From Gammaproteobacteria bacterium (GTDB lineage: Bacteria > Pseudomonadota > Gammaproteobacteria > GCA-2400775), in assembly GCA_015492075.1 (NCBI GenBank), contig WGFU01000037.1, positions 74,941-138,940 of the forward strand: 64,000 nucleotides of DNA, read 5' to 3'. Both the position numbers and the translations under genes were made by a program. The notes under the pieces were generated by a model that saw only the letters and a program-made list of their open reading frames with translations, was not told the DNA's origin and ran no database searches. Positions within the stretch are counted from its first letter, which is position 1, and every line of letters begins with the position of its first letter. Shown here one piece after another: positions 34,853 to 45,323 of the stretch.

Positions 34853-34878
34853 ATAGGGGCGAAACAAGCAGAGTCAAG
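34853..34878 (-). promoter_or_regulatory. Sigma32-like promoter of groESL
   Basis: Minus strand CTTGAC-N13-CCCCTAT, immediately upstream of the CIRCE. Confidence 0.65.
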
Positions 34879-34923
34879 GCTTACGAGAAATTTTTTTTGA
34901 TTTATTTTATGAAGGTCAAGCAA

Positions 34924-35385
34924 TTAAAGCTCGTCATCTTCCCGACGAAACTCGCCTTCAATAGTGGCCGGGCCAGAATGATTCGCCTTAGCGCCCGCAG
35001 CAGCATTGGACACTGGTTTAATCGTAACGCCAAAATGGCGAATCAGTGCCATAATCAAACCACGCCGCAGCGGTGTAATTAGACACAAGAAACCCAAGCT
35101 GTCGGTAAAAAACCCTGGGGTCAGTAGCAACGCACCGCAAAACAACAACACCACGCCTTCCATCATCTCCAAGGCTGGCAACCGTCCCGCCGCAAAACTT
35201 GACCGCACACGGCCCAATGTCGCCAAGCCCTGCGAGCGTAGCAATAGTGTGCCCAACACTGCAGTAAACACCACCAACGCTATTGTTGGCAAAGCGCCAA
35301 TCCAGCTGCCAACCTTGACTAACAGATAAATCTCGATCAGCGGAACGATAATGAAGAGACCCAGCAGGAATCTAAATGGAATCAT
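34924..35385 (-). CDS. fxsA: FxsA family membrane protein
   Basis: PLIEIYLL..VG..IG, GALLLTPGFFTD.LG, TIEGEF. Confidence 0.93.
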   Translation of the reverse strand: MIPFRFLLGLFIIVPLIEIYLLVKVGSWIGALPTIALVVFTAVLGTLLLRSQGLATLGRVRSSFAAGRLPALEMMEGVVLLFCGALLLTPGFFTDSLGFLCLITPLRRGLIMALIRHFGVTIKPVSNAAAGAKANHSGPATIEGEFRREDDEL

Positions 35386-35676
35386 ATTTAAGGCGGCTCA
35401 GAGTAATTTGCCTGATGATGAATCATACACAAAATCGCTTATTTAAGAGAATCTAATGTAATGTTGTAATAATTTCGGCCACTGCTTAATCAAGCCAGAT
35501 TGGTCACGTCATTAATTCCATGCCTGTCATTCAAACACATTGCTTGGTATTGACCCCCGATGCTAACCTACGGCACCGACTTTCACTGCAGACCGTTTAA
35601 GATTCTCTTAATCTCCAAACTGTAGACTTCTCTTGCCAAGATCAAAAAAAGTGACCCCACAGCTAATCGAGCAACA

Positions 35677-36903
35677 ATGATGATTAAAGAACTCTCGTAT
35701 GCCATGCTCGTCCTATTCATGCTAGCAAGCACGGTAACGGTTGCTGAAACCGTGCTCACCACACCAACATTGCAAACGATTATAGAAGCGACTTATCAGC
35801 GTTATCCCGACGCAGCCCTGCCGAACGCAATACGGCAACAGAGCAATGCCATTCGCCTGCAAGCATCCAGTCTGTTGGCGGGTAACCCGACGCTGGTTGC
35901 GCGCCACGAAAATGATGAATTGACGGACAACTTCGGCTTCAGAGACTGGGGCGGCAGTGTCCAAATGCCACTTTGGCTCCCCGGTCAGCGCAAACGCCGT
36001 TTCGATGTAGCCGATGCAACTGAGCAGGAAGCAGCCGCTCTGATCCCATTCTACAAATGGCGCGTCAGTGGCGAAGTAAGGGAATTGCTCTGGTCGATCA
36101 AACTTGCCGCAGCAGAAACCCGTCTAGCACAGACTGCCATCGACAGCGCCAATGCTCTGGCAACCGATATCAACAAGCGGGTACAAGCCGGTGAACTTGC
36201 GGTGACCGACCAAATACTGGCACACAAAGAAGCCTTGGCGCGAAAAATCGAACTGGCTACAGTCACCGCAAATCTTGCAGCGCTGCGCAGTAAATATCAC
36301 ATACTGACCGGCTTTAACACCATGCCACACACCATTCTGGAACCAGACATTCAGGACGACACCCTTCTCGCTCAACATCCCGCACTTATCGCCGCCAGCC
36401 AAAGCACTGACCGCGCACGCACTGTACGTGATCGTGCCCAGCATGAAAAACGCGCCAACCCGACACTGGCAGTAGGAGCCAGAAATGAGCGCGCTGGTAG
36501 CGGCCAACCCTATGACACCATTCTGGCACTGGAATTGAATCTGCCACTGGGCCTGAAGAGTCATTCAGCACCGGTAATCGCCAACGCACAAAGACAGCTG
36601 ACGGAACAGCAAGTCAACTACGCCCGTGTTCAGCGTGAGCTCGAAAAACAACGGATTATTGCCAGCAACGAAAAGCAACGCACAGCCCATGCCCTTAAGC
36701 TGACGCGGCAACAACAATTACTGGCGGCGGAAGGGCTGCGCCTGGCCCGCCGTGCTTTTGAACTGGGCGAAAGCGACTTATTTACGCTGCTACAGGCGCG
36801 CACACAAGCGCTGGCGGCCGAACGAGATTTACAGCTACGGCAACTCGAACAAGGACGTGCTATTGCGCGCTATAACCAGGCACTGGGAGTCATACCTGAA
36901 TGA
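35677..36903 (+). CDS. Heavy-metal efflux outer membrane factor (CzcC-like)
   Basis: Signal peptide, PLWLPGQR, AGEL, AFELGE.DL..LL. First gene of the CBA operon. Confidence 0.85.
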   Translation: MMIKELSYAMLVLFMLASTVTVAETVLTTPTLQTIIEATYQRYPDAALPNAIRQQSNAIRLQASSLLAGNPTLVARHENDELTDNFGFRDWGGSVQMPLWLPGQRKRRFDVADATEQEAAALIPFYKWRVSGEVRELLWSIKLAAAETRLAQTAIDSANALATDINKRVQAGELAVTDQILAHKEALARKIELATVTANLAALRSKYHILTGFNTMPHTILEPDIQDDTLLAQHPALIAASQSTDRARTVRDRAQHEKRANPTLAVGARNERAGSGQPYDTILALELNLPLGLKSHSAPVIANAQRQLTEQQVNYARVQRELEKQRIIASNEKQRTAHALKLTRQQQLLAAEGLRLARRAFELGESDLFTLLQARTQALAAERDLQLRQLEQGRAIARYNQALGVIPE

Positions 36904-37979
36904 AAACACTTTGCTCGATTCTATTATTCACCTATACGCTGCCCGTTATAGCTGCTGAATTGATTCCCTTTACAACAAGCCAGCGTCAGGCTATGCAAAT
37001 AGAGACCAAACCGCTGCAAGCGGCTAACAGCAGCACCAGCGGCCGACTACCCGGCAAGGTGAGCGTACCCAATGCGCAGTTGCATATTGTCACTGCGCCC
37101 CAGGAAGGCCTGGTTGAAACGCTGCTGGTGGCCGGAGGTGAAGCCGTCACACGGGGTCAGGCGCTAGCAAAGATTCAAAGCCCGGCATTGCTGGCACTAC
37201 AAAGCGAGTACCTGGAAGCACAAACTCGCTATCAACTGGCAAAAAGTATCTATGACCGTGATCAGCAACTAAACGATGAGGGCATTATTGCCGAGCGCCG
37301 CCTGCTGGAGTCAAGGGCACAGTATCAGGGGTTACGCACCACCCTGGCTCGGATAAAGCGCATGCTCAAACTTGCCGGCATGGATGAGCAGTCTCTCACC
37401 ACGCTAAGAGTCCAACGCAAACTCGACAGCACTCTGGTCATCACGGCGCCGTTTGACGGCGTCATACTCGAACAGATGACCACTGCCGGCAACCGGATCA
37501 AAGCCGCCGACCCCTTGTACCAAATAGCCAAACTCAAACCACTGTGGCTGGAAATCCACATGCCACTCGAGCAGTTAGCAAATATAGAGCTGGGGCAAAC
37601 CGTCATCGTGCCGGCCATGAACGTATCCGGCCGCATTATCACCATCGGCAAGATGGTGCATGGTGTAGACCAAAGCGTGCTGGTACGCGCCGAAATTCAT
37701 GACGGTGCTGAAAAACTGCGCCCTGGCCAGTTCGTGCAAGTACAGCTCGCGCTTGTCTCTAAACAAAAAAATTACCGCGTCCCGCGCAATGCAGTGATCC
37801 ACTCCGCAGGCCTGAGCTACGTCTTCGTGGCTCAGGCCGATGGCTTCATACCGGTAGCAGTCAAAAGGATCGGCGAGCAAACCAACGTGCTGATTATCGA
37901 GGCCGAATTGCCGCTCCAAACCGAGATTGCCGTTGCCGGCACCTCTGCTATTAAATCCGCCTGGCTCGGTGGCCAGTAA
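36900..37979 (+). CDS. RND periplasmic adaptor (CzcB-like)
   Basis: AP..G.V, QSEYL, EGIIAERR, APFDGVI, LRPGQFV. Confidence 0.88.
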   Translation: MKTLCSILLFTYTLPVIAAELIPFTTSQRQAMQIETKPLQAANSSTSGRLPGKVSVPNAQLHIVTAPQEGLVETLLVAGGEAVTRGQALAKIQSPALLALQSEYLEAQTRYQLAKSIYDRDQQLNDEGIIAERRLLESRAQYQGLRTTLARIKRMLKLAGMDEQSLTTLRVQRKLDSTLVITAPFDGVILEQMTTAGNRIKAADPLYQIAKLKPLWLEIHMPLEQLANIELGQTVIVPAMNVSGRIITIGKMVHGVDQSVLVRAEIHDGAEKLRPGQFVQVQLALVSKQKNYRVPRNAVIHSAGLSYVFVAQADGFIPVAVKRIGEQTNVLIIEAELPLQTEIAVAGTSAIKSAWLGGQ

Positions 37980-40900
37980 TGTTGGCACAGTTGATCCAGT
38001 TTGCGCTGACCCAGCGCATGTTAATGCTGCTAGCAGCTGTGTTGATTGTCGGCAGTGGTTGGTTTGCGTTTGAACATACACCGATTGATGCCTTCCCCGA
38101 TATATCCACTACCCAGGTAAAAATCATCGTCAAGGCGCCGGGCATGACCCCGGAAGAGGTCGAAACACGCATTACCGCGCAGATTGAAGTCGAAATGCTC
38201 GGCATTCCGCGCCAATCTATTTTGCGTTCGGTCACCAAGTATGCCTTGACCGACATCACCGTAGACTTTGAAGAAGGCACGGATATTTACTGGGCCCGGC
38301 AGCAAGTTGCCGAACGCCTTAGTGCCGTCTGGGCCGACTTGCCGGCAGACATCTCCGGTGGCATCGCACCGATGACGACGCCGCTGGGCGAGATGTTCAT
38401 GTTTACCGTAGAAGGCGGCGGACTGAACAATATGGAGCACCGTGACCTGCTCGACTGGGTGATTCGCCCGGCCCTGCGCAGTGTCACCGGGGTCGCCGAC
38501 GTCAACACTTTGGGCGGGCTGGTGCGCAGTTACGAGGTGATTCCTGACAACGCGCGCATGTATGCACTGGGTATTACGCTTGACGATATTCGCACTGCAC
38601 TGCAAGAAAACAACCGCAATGATGGCGCCGGCCGACTTAACGACGGCGAAGAAGCCTTGCTCGTACGCACCGAAGGCAGCATAAAAACGTTGGATGACGT
38701 CCGCCGTATTGTGGTGCGTGCACATGCCCAGGAACCCATTCGTATTGCTGACGTGGCCAAAGTTCGCACCGGCGCGCTCACCCGCTATGGCGCGGTTACC
38801 CACAACGGCCAGGGTGAAGCAGTACAGGGACTAGTACTCGGCCTGCGTGGCGCTAATGCCCGCGAGGTGGTTGAAGGCGTGCGCAGCAAGCTCGACGAGC
38901 TTAAACCAGGCTTACCCGAAGGTGTCGAGATCAATGTATTTTATGACCGCGGGCAACTGGTTGACAAAGCCGTTGGCACGGTCACCAAAGCACTGACCGA
39001 AGCCACCGTGTTGGTCGTTATTTTACTGGTATTGTTTCTTGGTAATATCCGAGCGGCATTGACGGTTGCCCTGATTCTACCGTTGGCGGCGTTGGCGACC
39101 TTTATCCTGATGTATCAGTTCGGCATGTCTGCCAACCTGATGTCACTCGGCGGTCTGGCCATTGCCATCGGCATGCTGGTGGATGGCGCCGTCGTGGTGG
39201 TTGAAAATGTGGTCACCCATCTCGCTCATCGTAAAAACAAGCACCTGCCCAAATTGCATCTTATTTACCGCGCAGCTCGTGAAGTCGCCGCGCCGGTGAC
39301 GTCTGGCATTCTTATTATTATTATTGTGTTTTTACCCTTGCTGACACTGCAAGGACTCGAAGGCAAGCTGTTTATACCTGTCGCCCTGACTATTGTCTTT
39401 GCCCTCAGTGCCTCGCTATTGCTCTCTTTGACAGTGATCCCGGTGTTGGCTTCTTTTCTGATTAGCAAGGTCTCACACAAGGAACCGTTCGCAGTGAGAC
39501 TGCTGCAAAGGCTTTACACACCGGCTTTGCGCTGGTCACTCAATCATTCGCGCACAGTGGTTCTGTGCGCACTGGCTTCGCTGGTACTGGCGGCTGTTAT
39601 CTACACTCAAATTGGCAAATCCTTTATCCCGACCATGGATGAAGGCGACATCATCGTGCAACTGGAAAAACTGCCCTCCATTAACTTGCAAGAATCGATC
39701 AATATCGATATGCGGGTGCAGCGCGCTATTCTCGCCCAGGTACCGGATGTCATCGGCATCGTCGCACGTGCGGGTTCCGATGAACTCGGACTCGACCCGA
39801 TGGGCTTAAACGAAACAGATAGTTTTCTTATTCTTAAACCACGTGATGCCTGGCAAAGCGAGAGCAAAGCAGCCTTGATAGCTTCGATCCGCAATGTTTT
39901 AGCTGATTTTCCCGGCGTCGGTTATGCGTTTACCCAGCCAATAGAAATGCGCGTTTCTGAAATGCTTACCGGCGTGCGCGGCGATCTGGCGATAAAGATC
40001 TTCGGCGAAGACCAACAACAGCTTAGCGCCAGCGCAGAACTCATTGTCGCTATCCTCAAAAACGTCAGTGGCGCTGAAGACGTCTACACCCCACGTAATG
40101 AGGGCGCGCAATATTACCGACTCGCGGTCGACCGCCTGGAAGCGGGGCGTTTGGGCATTTCCATAGACACACTGGGCCGCAATTTGCGCACACAGGTAGA
40201 AGGAGTTCGTACCGGCACCATCTATCAAGGCTCACGTCGCATTCCTTTACTCTTACGCGGGCCGGAACAATTACGTGATTCCGCTGCGGTATTTTCCGCT
40301 CAGCGTTTCTCATTACCGCAAGGTGAAACCACTGCACTTACCAACCTGGTGACGCTGGAACGCACAGAGGGGCCTGTTGCCATCAAGCGCGAAGGCGGTA
40401 ATCGTATGGCAGTAGTGGTAGCCAATGTTTCGGGGCGCGATCTGGTTAGTTTTGTCGAAGAAGCCAAACAGGCAGTCGCCGACAAGGTGTCATTGCCTGC
40501 AGGCTATTATCTAAAATGGGGGGGGCAGTTCGAAAATCAGCAACGTGCCGCAAAACGACTGTCAGTGGTAGTGCCGGTGTCACTTGGCCTGATTTTTCTG
40601 ACATTATTCTCTACCTTCCGCTCAGTGCGCCAATCGGTACTGGTACTGGCGAACATTCCCTTTGCCTTGATCGGTGGCGTAGTCGGTCTGTGGCTGACAG
40701 GTGAGTATCTGTCTGTGCCGGCGTCGGTTGGCTTTATCGCCCTGCTCGGTATCGCCGTCCTTAATGGTGTCGTCATGGTCACCTATTTTAATCAACTACA
40801 TGCGCTCGGCAGACCAATCTACGAAGTAGTGACCGAAGGCGCATTACGGCGCTTGCGTCCCGTACTCATGACGGCATCGATTGCAGCGCTTGGCCTGGCG

Positions 40901-41050
40901 CCCTTGTTATTTGCAGAGGGTCCTGGTTCGGAAATCCAACGGCCACTGGCGATAGTGGTAATTGGCGGACTCACGTCATCAACATTACTCACGCTGTTTC
41001 TATTACCCTTGCTCTATCGCCGCTTTGGCATAAAACCCACCGGAGCCTGA
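37979..41050 (+). CDS. Heavy-metal efflux RND permease (CusA/CzcA family)
   Basis: IDAFPDI, ANLMSLGGLAIAIGMLVDGAVVVVEN, GIAVLNG, RLRPVLMTA, GSEIQRPLA. Confidence 0.95.
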   Translation: MLAQLIQFALTQRMLMLLAAVLIVGSGWFAFEHTPIDAFPDISTTQVKIIVKAPGMTPEEVETRITAQIEVEMLGIPRQSILRSVTKYALTDITVDFEEGTDIYWARQQVAERLSAVWADLPADISGGIAPMTTPLGEMFMFTVEGGGLNNMEHRDLLDWVIRPALRSVTGVADVNTLGGLVRSYEVIPDNARMYALGITLDDIRTALQENNRNDGAGRLNDGEEALLVRTEGSIKTLDDVRRIVVRAHAQEPIRIADVAKVRTGALTRYGAVTHNGQGEAVQGLVLGLRGANAREVVEGVRSKLDELKPGLPEGVEINVFYDRGQLVDKAVGTVTKALTEATVLVVILLVLFLGNIRAALTVALILPLAALATFILMYQFGMSANLMSLGGLAIAIGMLVDGAVVVVENVVTHLAHRKNKHLPKLHLIYRAAREVAAPVTSGILIIIIVFLPLLTLQGLEGKLFIPVALTIVFALSASLLLSLTVIPVLASFLISKVSHKEPFAVRLLQRLYTPALRWSLNHSRTVVLCALASLVLAAVIYTQIGKSFIPTMDEGDIIVQLEKLPSINLQESINIDMRVQRAILAQVPDVIGIVARAGSDELGLDPMGLNETDSFLILKPRDAWQSESKAALIASIRNVLADFPGVGYAFTQPIEMRVSEMLTGVRGDLAIKIFGEDQQQLSASAELIVAILKNVSGAEDVYTPRNEGAQYYRLAVDRLEAGRLGISIDTLGRNLRTQVEGVRTGTIYQGSRRIPLLLRGPEQLRDSAAVFSAQRFSLPQGETTALTNLVTLERTEGPVAIKREGGNRMAVVVANVSGRDLVSFVEEAKQAVADKVSLPAGYYLKWGGQFENQQRAAKRLSVVVPVSLGLIFLTLFSTFRSVRQSVLVLANIPFALIGGVVGLWLTGEYLSVPASVGFIALLGIAVLNGVVMVTYFNQLHALGRPIYEVVTEGALRRLRPVLMTASIAALGLAPLLFAEGPGSEIQRPLAIVVIGGLTSSTLLTLFLLPLLYRRFGIKPTGA

Positions 41051-41051
41051 T

Positions 41052-41354
41052 ATGCAACAATGTCTATTGGTATTGATCGTCACTCCAACTATCGAGAACG
41101 AGCTGATTGACTGGATACTTGATCGCGAAGACATTAGTGGTTTCAGCAGTCTGGTTATCAGCGGCCATGGTGTGTCCGCACACGCATTGACGGCGGCAGA
41201 ACAGGTGGCGGGTAAACAAAAGCAACTCATGTTCCAGATGCTGTTACCCGAAGCGGCCGCACGCGATGTTCTTGCTGCCGCGCAACAATCATTTAGTGGC
41301 AGCGGCATGCACTATTGGCTGTTACCTGCCCTGGCTGGCGGCCATATCGAGTAG
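41052..41354 (+). CDS. DUF3240 / PII-like protein
   Basis: E.ELIDW, SGF....GHG, L..AEQV.G, YWLLP. Typical last gene of such RND operons. Confidence 0.8.
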   Translation: MQQCLLVLIVTPTIENELIDWILDREDISGFSSLVISGHGVSAHALTAAEQVAGKQKQLMFQMLLPEAAARDVLAAAQQSFSGSGMHYWLLPALAGGHIE

Positions 41355-41803
41355 CCCGCTCGACAAATGGCGGTAACGCCTTAAGGTACATCTGATTCTC
41401 TGCAACAGCAATAGTACATTGGTAAAATTATTCGGATTAAGGCGCGCATTGCCACGCAAGGGTTCTTCACGCGGGGCGTATAAAATAGTAGTCCTATTTG
41501 TTAACGAACAACGATAAGCTGAATAATTTTAATCTTCACAAGCTTTGTCATAAATTAATCAGGAGCTCCCTTAAACAAGGCACCCTTGCAACTACGTGCA
41601 ATAGCAAACACATGGGTTCGGCCACATATGCCTGTGCGTTAGATAAAATGTAACAAAGTGGCTTTGGGCTGACACAATGACGCACCAGCATGTGATGCTG
41701 CAGCAAGTTTTACACCGCAACCTTTGCAGTGGCCTCAGCTTTGTGTCATCTTGCCGGTCAATGAAAATCTGTAAAGACGCCATTGCAACCAAGCGTGATA
41801 AAA

Positions 41804-42148
41804 ATGATAGGCACTGATAACCAATACATCATGGTTCATGTCACCTGTCCGGCCGAGCACGCTGTAGGGATGGCGCAGCTATTCGTCACCAAAAAAGCCG
41901 CCGCCTGTGTGAACATTATTGACAACGTGCACTCTATATATCGCTGGCAAGGCGAAATCCAAAATGACAATGAAAGTATGATGGTGATTAAAACCACGGC
42001 TTCGGCACTGGACAAACTTAGCCAGTTAATCGAGCAGCATCATCCTTACAAACTGCCAGAGATCATTGCCACACCCATCGTGGCTGGGCTGCCCGAATAC
42101 CTGAACTGGGTGGGCACTTCAACTGACCAAAATGAATCCGAACCATAA
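41804..42148 (+). CDS. cutA: Divalent-cation tolerance protein CutA
   Basis: TCP, AACVNI, SIYRWQG, IKTT, HPY.LPEII, YLNW. Confidence 0.93.
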   Translation: MIGTDNQYIMVHVTCPAEHAVGMAQLFVTKKAAACVNIIDNVHSIYRWQGEIQNDNESMMVIKTTASALDKLSQLIEQHHPYKLPEIIATPIVAGLPEYLNWVGTSTDQNESEP

Positions 42149-42151
42149 GCA

Positions 42152-44044
42152 ATGAAGCCTTTATACCGAATCTGTCATCTTATTTTAGTCCTGTTTTTCT
42201 GCGTCGTACCCATGCAGTACGCCGGCGCTGTCGCCGATTCCATCGACAGCGATCTTGCTGACCGTCTCAAAGCCCTCAGCAACGAGCTCGGCCTCAGCAA
42301 AGCCGAGCAAATCGTGCTGTCACCCGATGAGGCCTTTATTTTCGATGCCAAGGCCATCGACGCTAAAACCATCGAAGCCAGCTGGCAAATCGCAGATAAC
42401 ATCTATATGTACCGCGACAAATTTCGCTTTGAAGTAATCGAGGGCGATGTCAGCCTCGGCCAGCCGCTATCGCCACCGGGCAAGAAAAAGTTCGATGAAA
42501 GCTTTGGCGACTCTGAGGTTTACTTCCATGAGGTCGCTATCACCCTCCCGGTTATTCGCGATAGCGGACCAGCGCAGACCATCCGCCTGCAAGCCTATTA
42601 CCAAGGCTGCGTCGTAGACAGTTTCTGCTATCCACCTATAAAAAAAATCATCCGCGTCGACCTGCCAAAACTCAGCACAGTAGCACTCAACAGCATTGAC
42701 ACCACAGCGAGTGCTGGCAGCGCCGGCAATGAATTCGTCTCAGAACAAGAGCAGTTCGCCGCCACCATTGCCGGCGGAAATCTCTGGTTAATTATTATTT
42801 CGTTCTTTGGTATCGGCCTGTTACTGGCTTTTACCCCCTGCGTCTTTCCGATGATTCCCATTCTGTCCGGCATTCTCATCGGACAAGGCAAGCAACTCAC
42901 CACCTCTCATGCCTTCCTCCTGTCGCTGGTCTACGTCCTCGCCATGGCGCTGACTTATACCGTCGCTGGCGTCCTCGCCGGTTTGTTTGGCGCCAACCTG
43001 CAAGCCGCCTTTCAAAACCCATGGGCCATCTCTGCTTTTGCTTTGATTTTTATTGCGTTATCACTCTCCATGTTCGGCTTTTACGAATTGCAAATGCCCA
43101 GCGCCATACAGAGTAAGCTAACAAAAATCAGTAACTCCAGAAAAGGTGGTAGTTTCGCCAGTGTCGCCATCATGGGGGTCTTGTCAGCATTAATTGTCGG
43201 CCCCTGTGTCGCTGCACCCTTGGCCGGCGCCTTGATATATATTGGTAGCAGTGGCGATGCCGTGCTCGGCGGCCTGGCCTTATTCGCCATGAGTCTCGGC
43301 ATGGGCGCACCACTATTGGCCGTTGGCGCTTCCGCCGGAAAACTGCTACCCAAGGCTGGCGCCTGGATGGATGGAGTTAAAGCCGTGTTCGGCGTTATGT
43401 TGCTTGCCGTTGCAGTGTGGATGCTTGAACGCATCTTACCCGGCACTGTATCTATGCTGTTGTGGTCCTTGCTATTTATATTCAGCGCCGTCTATCTCGG
43501 CGCATTCGACCGTGTCAGCGACATCGGTGGCTGGCAGCGCTTTCGCAAGGCCTGCGGTATCGCATTTTTCATCTACGGAATTTTTGTCATGCTAGGAGCT
43601 GTCAGTGGCGGCGGCGATGTGACGCGGCCACTGCACGGTACCAGCCTGCTTGTCACCAAGGCCCCGTCCAATCACGAGCTGACATTTAAACCGATTAAAA
43701 GCATTGCAGATCTACAACATGAAGTGTCTGTAGCCAGCCAAAATGGCACTCCTGTCATGCTCGACTTTTATGCCGACTGGTGTGTCTCTTGTAAAGAAAT
43801 GGAAAAATATACCTTCGCTGATTCCGCAGTACGGCAAGCTCTCGACAACGTGGTGTTATTGCAGGCCGATGTCACTGCCAATGATGATGTCGACCAGGCA
43901 TTATTAAAACACTTTAATATCTATGGTCCACCGTCCATCATATTTTACGATGCGCAGGGTAATGAACGTAAATCCTATCGCGTGGTTGGCTTTATGAAAC
44001 CCAACCGCTTTAAACAACACCTGGATCAGATCCTGCAATTATGA
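42152..44044 (+). CDS. dsbD: Thiol:disulfide interchange protein DsbD
   Basis: YQGC....CYPP, FTPCVFPMIPI, GPCVAAPL, DFYADWCVSCK. Confidence 0.96.
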   Translation: MKPLYRICHLILVLFFCVVPMQYAGAVADSIDSDLADRLKALSNELGLSKAEQIVLSPDEAFIFDAKAIDAKTIEASWQIADNIYMYRDKFRFEVIEGDVSLGQPLSPPGKKKFDESFGDSEVYFHEVAITLPVIRDSGPAQTIRLQAYYQGCVVDSFCYPPIKKIIRVDLPKLSTVALNSIDTTASAGSAGNEFVSEQEQFAATIAGGNLWLIIISFFGIGLLLAFTPCVFPMIPILSGILIGQGKQLTTSHAFLLSLVYVLAMALTYTVAGVLAGLFGANLQAAFQNPWAISAFALIFIALSLSMFGFYELQMPSAIQSKLTKISNSRKGGSFASVAIMGVLSALIVGPCVAAPLAGALIYIGSSGDAVLGGLALFAMSLGMGAPLLAVGASAGKLLPKAGAWMDGVKAVFGVMLLAVAVWMLERILPGTVSMLLWSLLFIFSAVYLGAFDRVSDIGGWQRFRKACGIAFFIYGIFVMLGAVSGGGDVTRPLHGTSLLVTKAPSNHELTFKPIKSIADLQHEVSVASQNGTPVMLDFYADWCVSCKEMEKYTFADSAVRQALDNVVLLQADVTANDDVDQALLKHFNIYGPPSIIFYDAQGNERKSYRVVGFMKPNRFKQHLDQILQL

Positions 44045-44634
44045 GCACTTCATCCTGGCGCAATCGCGCTATCAATATTGCTATCGCCATTTTACTAATT
44101 GCCGGCGCGACAGCCGTCGCCATCAATCATTTTTACCGATCATCGCTTGAGCCGCGCCATCTCAGCAAGGTTTCCGGCGCCGAGACCAATGAAACAAGTG
44201 ATCTTAGCGCAACCAAAGTTGTCAGACGTCCCGACTTCACCTTGGCAGACATTGATGGCATCAAGCGCACTGTCAGTACTTGGGATGGCAAGGTCCTAGT
44301 GCTCAATTTTTGGGCCTCATGGTGCCAGCCATGCCTGCGCGAAATACCCGCCTTTGTCGACCTGCAAAGGACCTACGGCGAACAAGGCCTACAGTTCGTC
44401 GGCATCGCGGTCGATGACATTGAGCCCGTACGCCAATTCCTCGATGTTATTCCACTCAATTATCCTGTTCTCGTTCATCCTAGAGACACTATTACTGTGG
44501 CAGAATCCTACGGCAATGAATATGGCATATTACCCTATACCGTGGTCATCAATCGTAACAGCGAAATCGTCCATACACAGCTGGGGGAAATCAGCTTCGA
44601 CGAGGCCGAGGCAATTATCAAGTCATTACTCTAA
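44041..44634 (+). CDS. TlpA family disulfide reductase
   Basis: N-terminal TM, PDFTL.D, NFWASWCQPCLREIP, LPYTV. Confidence 0.9.
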   Translation: MSTSSWRNRAINIAIAILLIAGATAVAINHFYRSSLEPRHLSKVSGAETNETSDLSATKVVRRPDFTLADIDGIKRTVSTWDGKVLVLNFWASWCQPCLREIPAFVDLQRTYGEQGLQFVGIAVDDIEPVRQFLDVIPLNYPVLVHPRDTITVAESYGNEYGILPYTVVINRNSEIVHTQLGEISFDEAEAIIKSLL

Positions 44635-44847
44635 CCCGTCGTAGTTAGATAGCTGGCCTGTTTTACCGGCAATTCGCTTGTACCGCGCCGATCTTCGGCG
44701 AAATAAGCTTAATTTATCAAGAATATACTGGACAAGCCGATAAATAGAAGGCACACTCCGTCTCATTTAGCTAATTGCGAGATGACGGATTTTTAAAGCA
44801 ATTAGCCTCCAGTTGGCGATAGTAATCAAAAACAAGCAGTAACGACT

Positions 44848-45318
44848 ATGGCACGCATTTTGGTCATCAATGGCCCTAATCTCAACCTACTCGGTAATCG
44901 CGAGCCGGGAATCTATGGCCACAGGCCCCTGCCTGAAATTATTATCGAATTGCAGCTTAGCGCTGCTGACCTCGGTCATCAGCTCGATGCCTGCCAAAGC
45001 AATGCGGAACATGAACTCATCGAGCGCATTCATCAAGCCAGTACTGAGAAGGTCGACTTTCTGATTATTAATCCGGCCGCGTTGACGCATACCAGTGTCG
45101 CCCTGGCCGATGCCATCAGCGCAGTCAACATACCGTTTATTGAAGTGCATATATCGAATATTTTTGCCCGCGAGCCATTTCGCCATCACTCTTATTTCTC
45201 TGCCATTGCCCTTGGCACCATCTGCGGCCTTGGCGTACAAGGTTATGAGTTGGCCTTGCGTGCGGCGCACCACTATTTGGATACGGTGTCCACGGCACCT
45301 CCCACCCGACAGGCATAA
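44848..45318 (+). CDS. aroQ: Type II 3-dehydroquinate dehydratase
   Basis: [40 protein letters not shown]. Confidence 0.97.
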   Translation: MARILVINGPNLNLLGNREPGIYGHRPLPEIIIELQLSAADLGHQLDACQSNAEHELIERIHQASTEKVDFLIINPAALTHTSVALADAISAVNIPFIEVHISNIFAREPFRHHSYFSAIALGTICGLGVQGYELALRAAHHYLDTVSTAPPTRQA

Positions 45319-45323
45319 GCACT

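Noticed and set aside
41534-41552. Possible Pho box
   Set aside because: The half-sites are 12 bp apart rather than 11 and match poorly.
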